64,000 bases of DNA from Scyliorhinus canicula (Eukaryota), in assembly GCF_902713615.1 (NCBI RefSeq), contig NC_052162.1, positions 132,270,653-132,334,652 on the forward strand. Direction: 5' to 3'. Below the pieces are notes generated by a model. The model had not been told where the DNA came from and ran no database searches. It saw only the letters and a program-made list of their open reading frames with translations. A program made the position numbers and the translations under genes. Below are positions 60,639 through 64,000 of this stretch, in pieces; position 1 is the stretch's first letter, and each line of letters begins with the position of its first letter.

Positions 60639-61209
60639 GCTATATCCTGTAATCCCTGGATTGTGGCCCTGGGGGCTGCTTGCAGTCCCAGTCATGTCCA
60701 CTGGAGCTCCTAATGCAGGGAGTGGAGAGCTGCCACGCAGTCAGGTTGGCTGGCAGCTCTATGAGGTGGGATATCCTCTCTAATGAGGGGCTGAAGTCCC
60801 ACCTCCAGTCAGTTAACCCTTGTTGAAATGTTAACTGGCTGCAGGGCAGGCAGTATTAGCGGGAATGTGTTCTCCACCAACTCTTCAGATGGCAGGAAGG
60901 GAAACATCTCATTCCTAAAACCCCTGGTCATAAAGCCATTACAGGGGGAGAAGGAAGCCATTCAGCCCATTGAGACCACACCATCGCTCAGTAACACATA
61001 CTAGTCAGTCCCATTCTCCCGCTCTCTCCCCGTATCTCTACAAGATCATTTCCCCCAAACCCAATTATATGCCATCTGGAGTCACAAAATCTGAAATTTC
61101 CTTCGCCCTTTCAGATAAAGGCAACTATCAGTAAATCCAATTTGGAAATAAAAGTGGATTGTCCCACTTTCTCAAGGCAATCCTCCAAACGTGGGATAGG
61201 GTAATAGTT

Positions 61210-64000
61210 CCCTATCCGGAAGAGTCCGTTCTTGTAACTGCATTCACCTTTCGATAGTCCACACACAACCATTGGGTACCGTCTGGTTTAGGTACCATCA
61301 CTATGGGTGAGCTCCATTGGCTGCAACCCACTTCAATTATGCCATTTTTCAGCATACTCTCAATCTCTCTGTTAACCTGTGCCAATTTGAAAGGATTAAG
61401 TCTATATGGATGTTGTTTGATAGGAACAGCATTTCCCACATCTATATCGTGTACAGCCATTTTAGTACTTCCCAATTTATCTCTATAAACTTGCCCATGT
61501 GATATCAATAACTCTTTCAGGTCAGTTCGTTTTTCCTCTGGAAGGTAACTTAACAATTCATCCCAATTTTTAAGAACATCCTCATTTTCCAATTTAATTT
61601 GAGGTATGTCAAGTTCACAGTCATCTGGATTTGGTTCGTCACTTTGAGTTAGAATCATTAAAATTTCCTTTTTCTCTCCTTCCCTTTCAAAGTACCTTTT
61701 AAGCATATTCACACGACACACTCGGTGTGTCTTCCTTCTATCTGGTGTTTTTACCACATAATTCACCTCACTTAATTTCTTTTCAATCTGATACGGTCCA
61801 CAAAACCAAGCTTTTAAAGGTTCACCTACCACTGGTAACAACACTAAAACTTTATCCCCACTGTCAAAACTGCGAACTTTGGATTTGTTGTCCGCTACCC
61901 ATTTCATCACATTTTGTGCAACTTTCAAATGTTGTCCATCCAATTCACCTGCTCTATTTAATCATTCCCTAAAATTTGGCACGTAATCCAATCGTGTAAT
62001 TTCCGATTTCTCACTCACCAATTTTTCTTTAATCAATTTAAGTGGTCCTCTTACCCCATGACCAAAAATTAGTTCAAAAGGACTAAATTTGGTAGACTCA
62101 TTAGGTGCATCCCTAATTGCAAACAATACGAATGGGATTCCTTTATCCCAATCCTCTGGACAATCTTGACCATACGCCCTCAAGATTGTCTTTAATGTCT
62201 GATGCCACCTTTCTAACCCTCCCTGCGATTCTGGATGGTACGCAGTTGATTTAAATTGATTTATTCCTAAGCTATCCATAACTTCTTTGAACAACTTTGA
62301 AGTAAAATTCGATCCTTGATCCGATTGAATTTCTGTGGGTAGTCCATATCTAGTAAAGAATTTAAGTAACTCCACAATCCTTTTAGCTGTAATATTACGT
62401 ACTGGAATCGCCTCTGGAAACCTAGTAGACACATCCATTATAGTCAAAAGGTATTGATTCCCACTTTTTGTTTTAGGAAGCGGTCCTACACAATCGATTA
62501 GGACCCATGTAAAAGGTTCCTCAAATGCTGGAATGGGTATTAAGGGCGCTGGTTTTATCACTGTTGAGGTTTCCCTATCACTTTCACATGTATGACATGA
62601 TTGACAAAATTTGACTACATCTTTATGTAGTCCAGGCCAATAAAAATGTTTCTGGATTTTAGCTTGAGTTTTCCTTATTCCCAAATGACCTCCCACTGGT
62701 ACCTCATGTGCAACTCGCAACACCTCCTTTCTATACCCTACCGGCAATACTACTTGATGAACTTCTGCCCACTTTTCATCTGCCTGCATATGTACAGGTC
62801 TCCATTTTCTCATCAAGGCATCACTTTTACGGTAATAACACTCCTGGTATACCCTCAGATTCCTCTTCCGTATATGCTTTCTGATATATCCGTTTTATTT
62901 CTACATCTTTCTGTTGTAACTCTGCCAATTTTCCTGAACTAAAAATATCCGCCTCATCCTCCACCTGTTCTTGTTCTTTTTCAACCATCTGACCAAAAAT
63001 CGTTTCTGATAATTGCACTTCAACTTCATCTTCACTCTTTGATTTCTCCTGTTGTCTTAACTTGTGACTTTGCGACCGGGTTACTACACAATCCGGAAAA
63101 ATTCAACCCTTCAGTTTTCTGATTTTCCACTGGCTTATCAACCACAGTAGGCATCACTCCCACCTGTGATTCAGCTATATCATTACCCAATATAAACTGT
63201 ATTCCTGGACAAGATCGTTTATCTATTACTCCTACTACCACTTCACCACTCTTCCCTGGACTTTCCAACCTTACCTTATATAATGGAACGCTACTCCTCT
63301 CACCCTGAATTCCACATATCACCACCTTTTCTGGCAACATTCTTCCCAAACTACATAATTCCTCATCTCTTACCATTAAAGATTGACTAGCCCCTGTATC
63401 TCTTAAAATTGTGAATTCTTTACCTGCTCCTCCTGATACACACGAGTAAACTTTACCTACACAAGTATATTCTTTAAAGACATCTGGCACCGTCTTAACA
63501 ATTACTTCTTGAACAGGCTGTACAATCGTTTGCACCTCCTTCACTTCCCTTGGGCTTTCCTTTCCCACTCCAAGAAATCCCACTGTCTTATCCTGTCTTA
63601 TCGTGTTTGAAACAAACCTGTTGGACTTTAACCTGGTGTTGTAAGACTTCTTACTGTTATCCTGTTTTATCACATCTGCCTTTCCAGTGCTTTTCTTCAA
63701 GCCCCAACACTCTGACTTTACATGACCTAGTTTATTACAGTGAAAACATTTGAAACTTTTCATTTCTTTTCCACCCTCTTGGGTTTATTTTTTAATCTAA
63801 GGTATCCACTCTCTTTGTTGTCTCCCATCAGATCATCTTTACCTTTACCACTTGATTATTTCTCATGTCCCCAGTTTCTGTCCCTCACCGGCTGAAACTG
63901 ATGTCGGAAACCAATCTTTGATTTATGAACTAATTCACAATCATCTGTCATTTCTGCTGCTAATCTCACAGTTTTAACCCTCTGTGTTCCACATGAGTTC
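61210..64000 (-). mobile_element. Gmr1-like Ty3/Gypsy LTR retrotransposon remnant (gag CCHC - protease - integrase - RT start), disabled and truncated
   Basis: In order on the minus strand: CFHCNKLGHVKSEC, LRDTGA, H..GHLG..C..C, IDCVGP, SDQGSNF, YHPESQG.LER, then PYRLNP and WSSPIVMVPK..LCVDYRKVN. Confidence 0.88.

Noticed and set aside
42961-64000. Second V segment or neighbouring Ig cluster upstream
   Set aside because: No V-like frame or RSS pair was found; the region is LINE, LTR and tandem repeat.

Overview
Eukaryotic (cartilaginous fish, shark-type) genomic DNA. The core of the window is one immunoglobulin heavy-chain cluster on the minus strand (~11.4-42.9 kb) in germline, unrearranged configuration: leader - V - D - D - D - J - CH1 - CH2 - Cys-rich short secretory tail exon - CH3 (frameshifted) - CH4 - CH5 - CH6/long secretory tail - TM1 - TM2. 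Six CH domains, a conventional VH and the short Cys-rich tail identify it as IgW. I placed all exon boundaries and RSSs by hand from the sequence. The main observations are: (1) CH3 has two frame-breaking lesions while all other exons are intact, so only 2-domain or CH3-skipping isoforms can be made; (2) two D segments have identical coding sequence and come from a ~370-bp tandem duplication; (3) a 47-aa, 7-Cys tail exon is not shown as such in the ORF track; (4) a candidate 3' regulatory zone (NF-kB motif cluster plus a ~73-copy CCAAT array) lies downstream of TM2; (5) many minisatellites abut the Ig segments, one amplified from a CR1 reverse-transcriptase segment. The rest is transposon-derived: CR1 and L2 LINEs (some nested, one internally inverted), tRNA-derived SINEs, GC-rich TIR elements, a Gypsy remnant and a Gmr1-like (PR-IN-RT order) LTR element. 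N gaps occupy much of 4795-6621. Repeat family names come from recall of consensus features, not from database searches.
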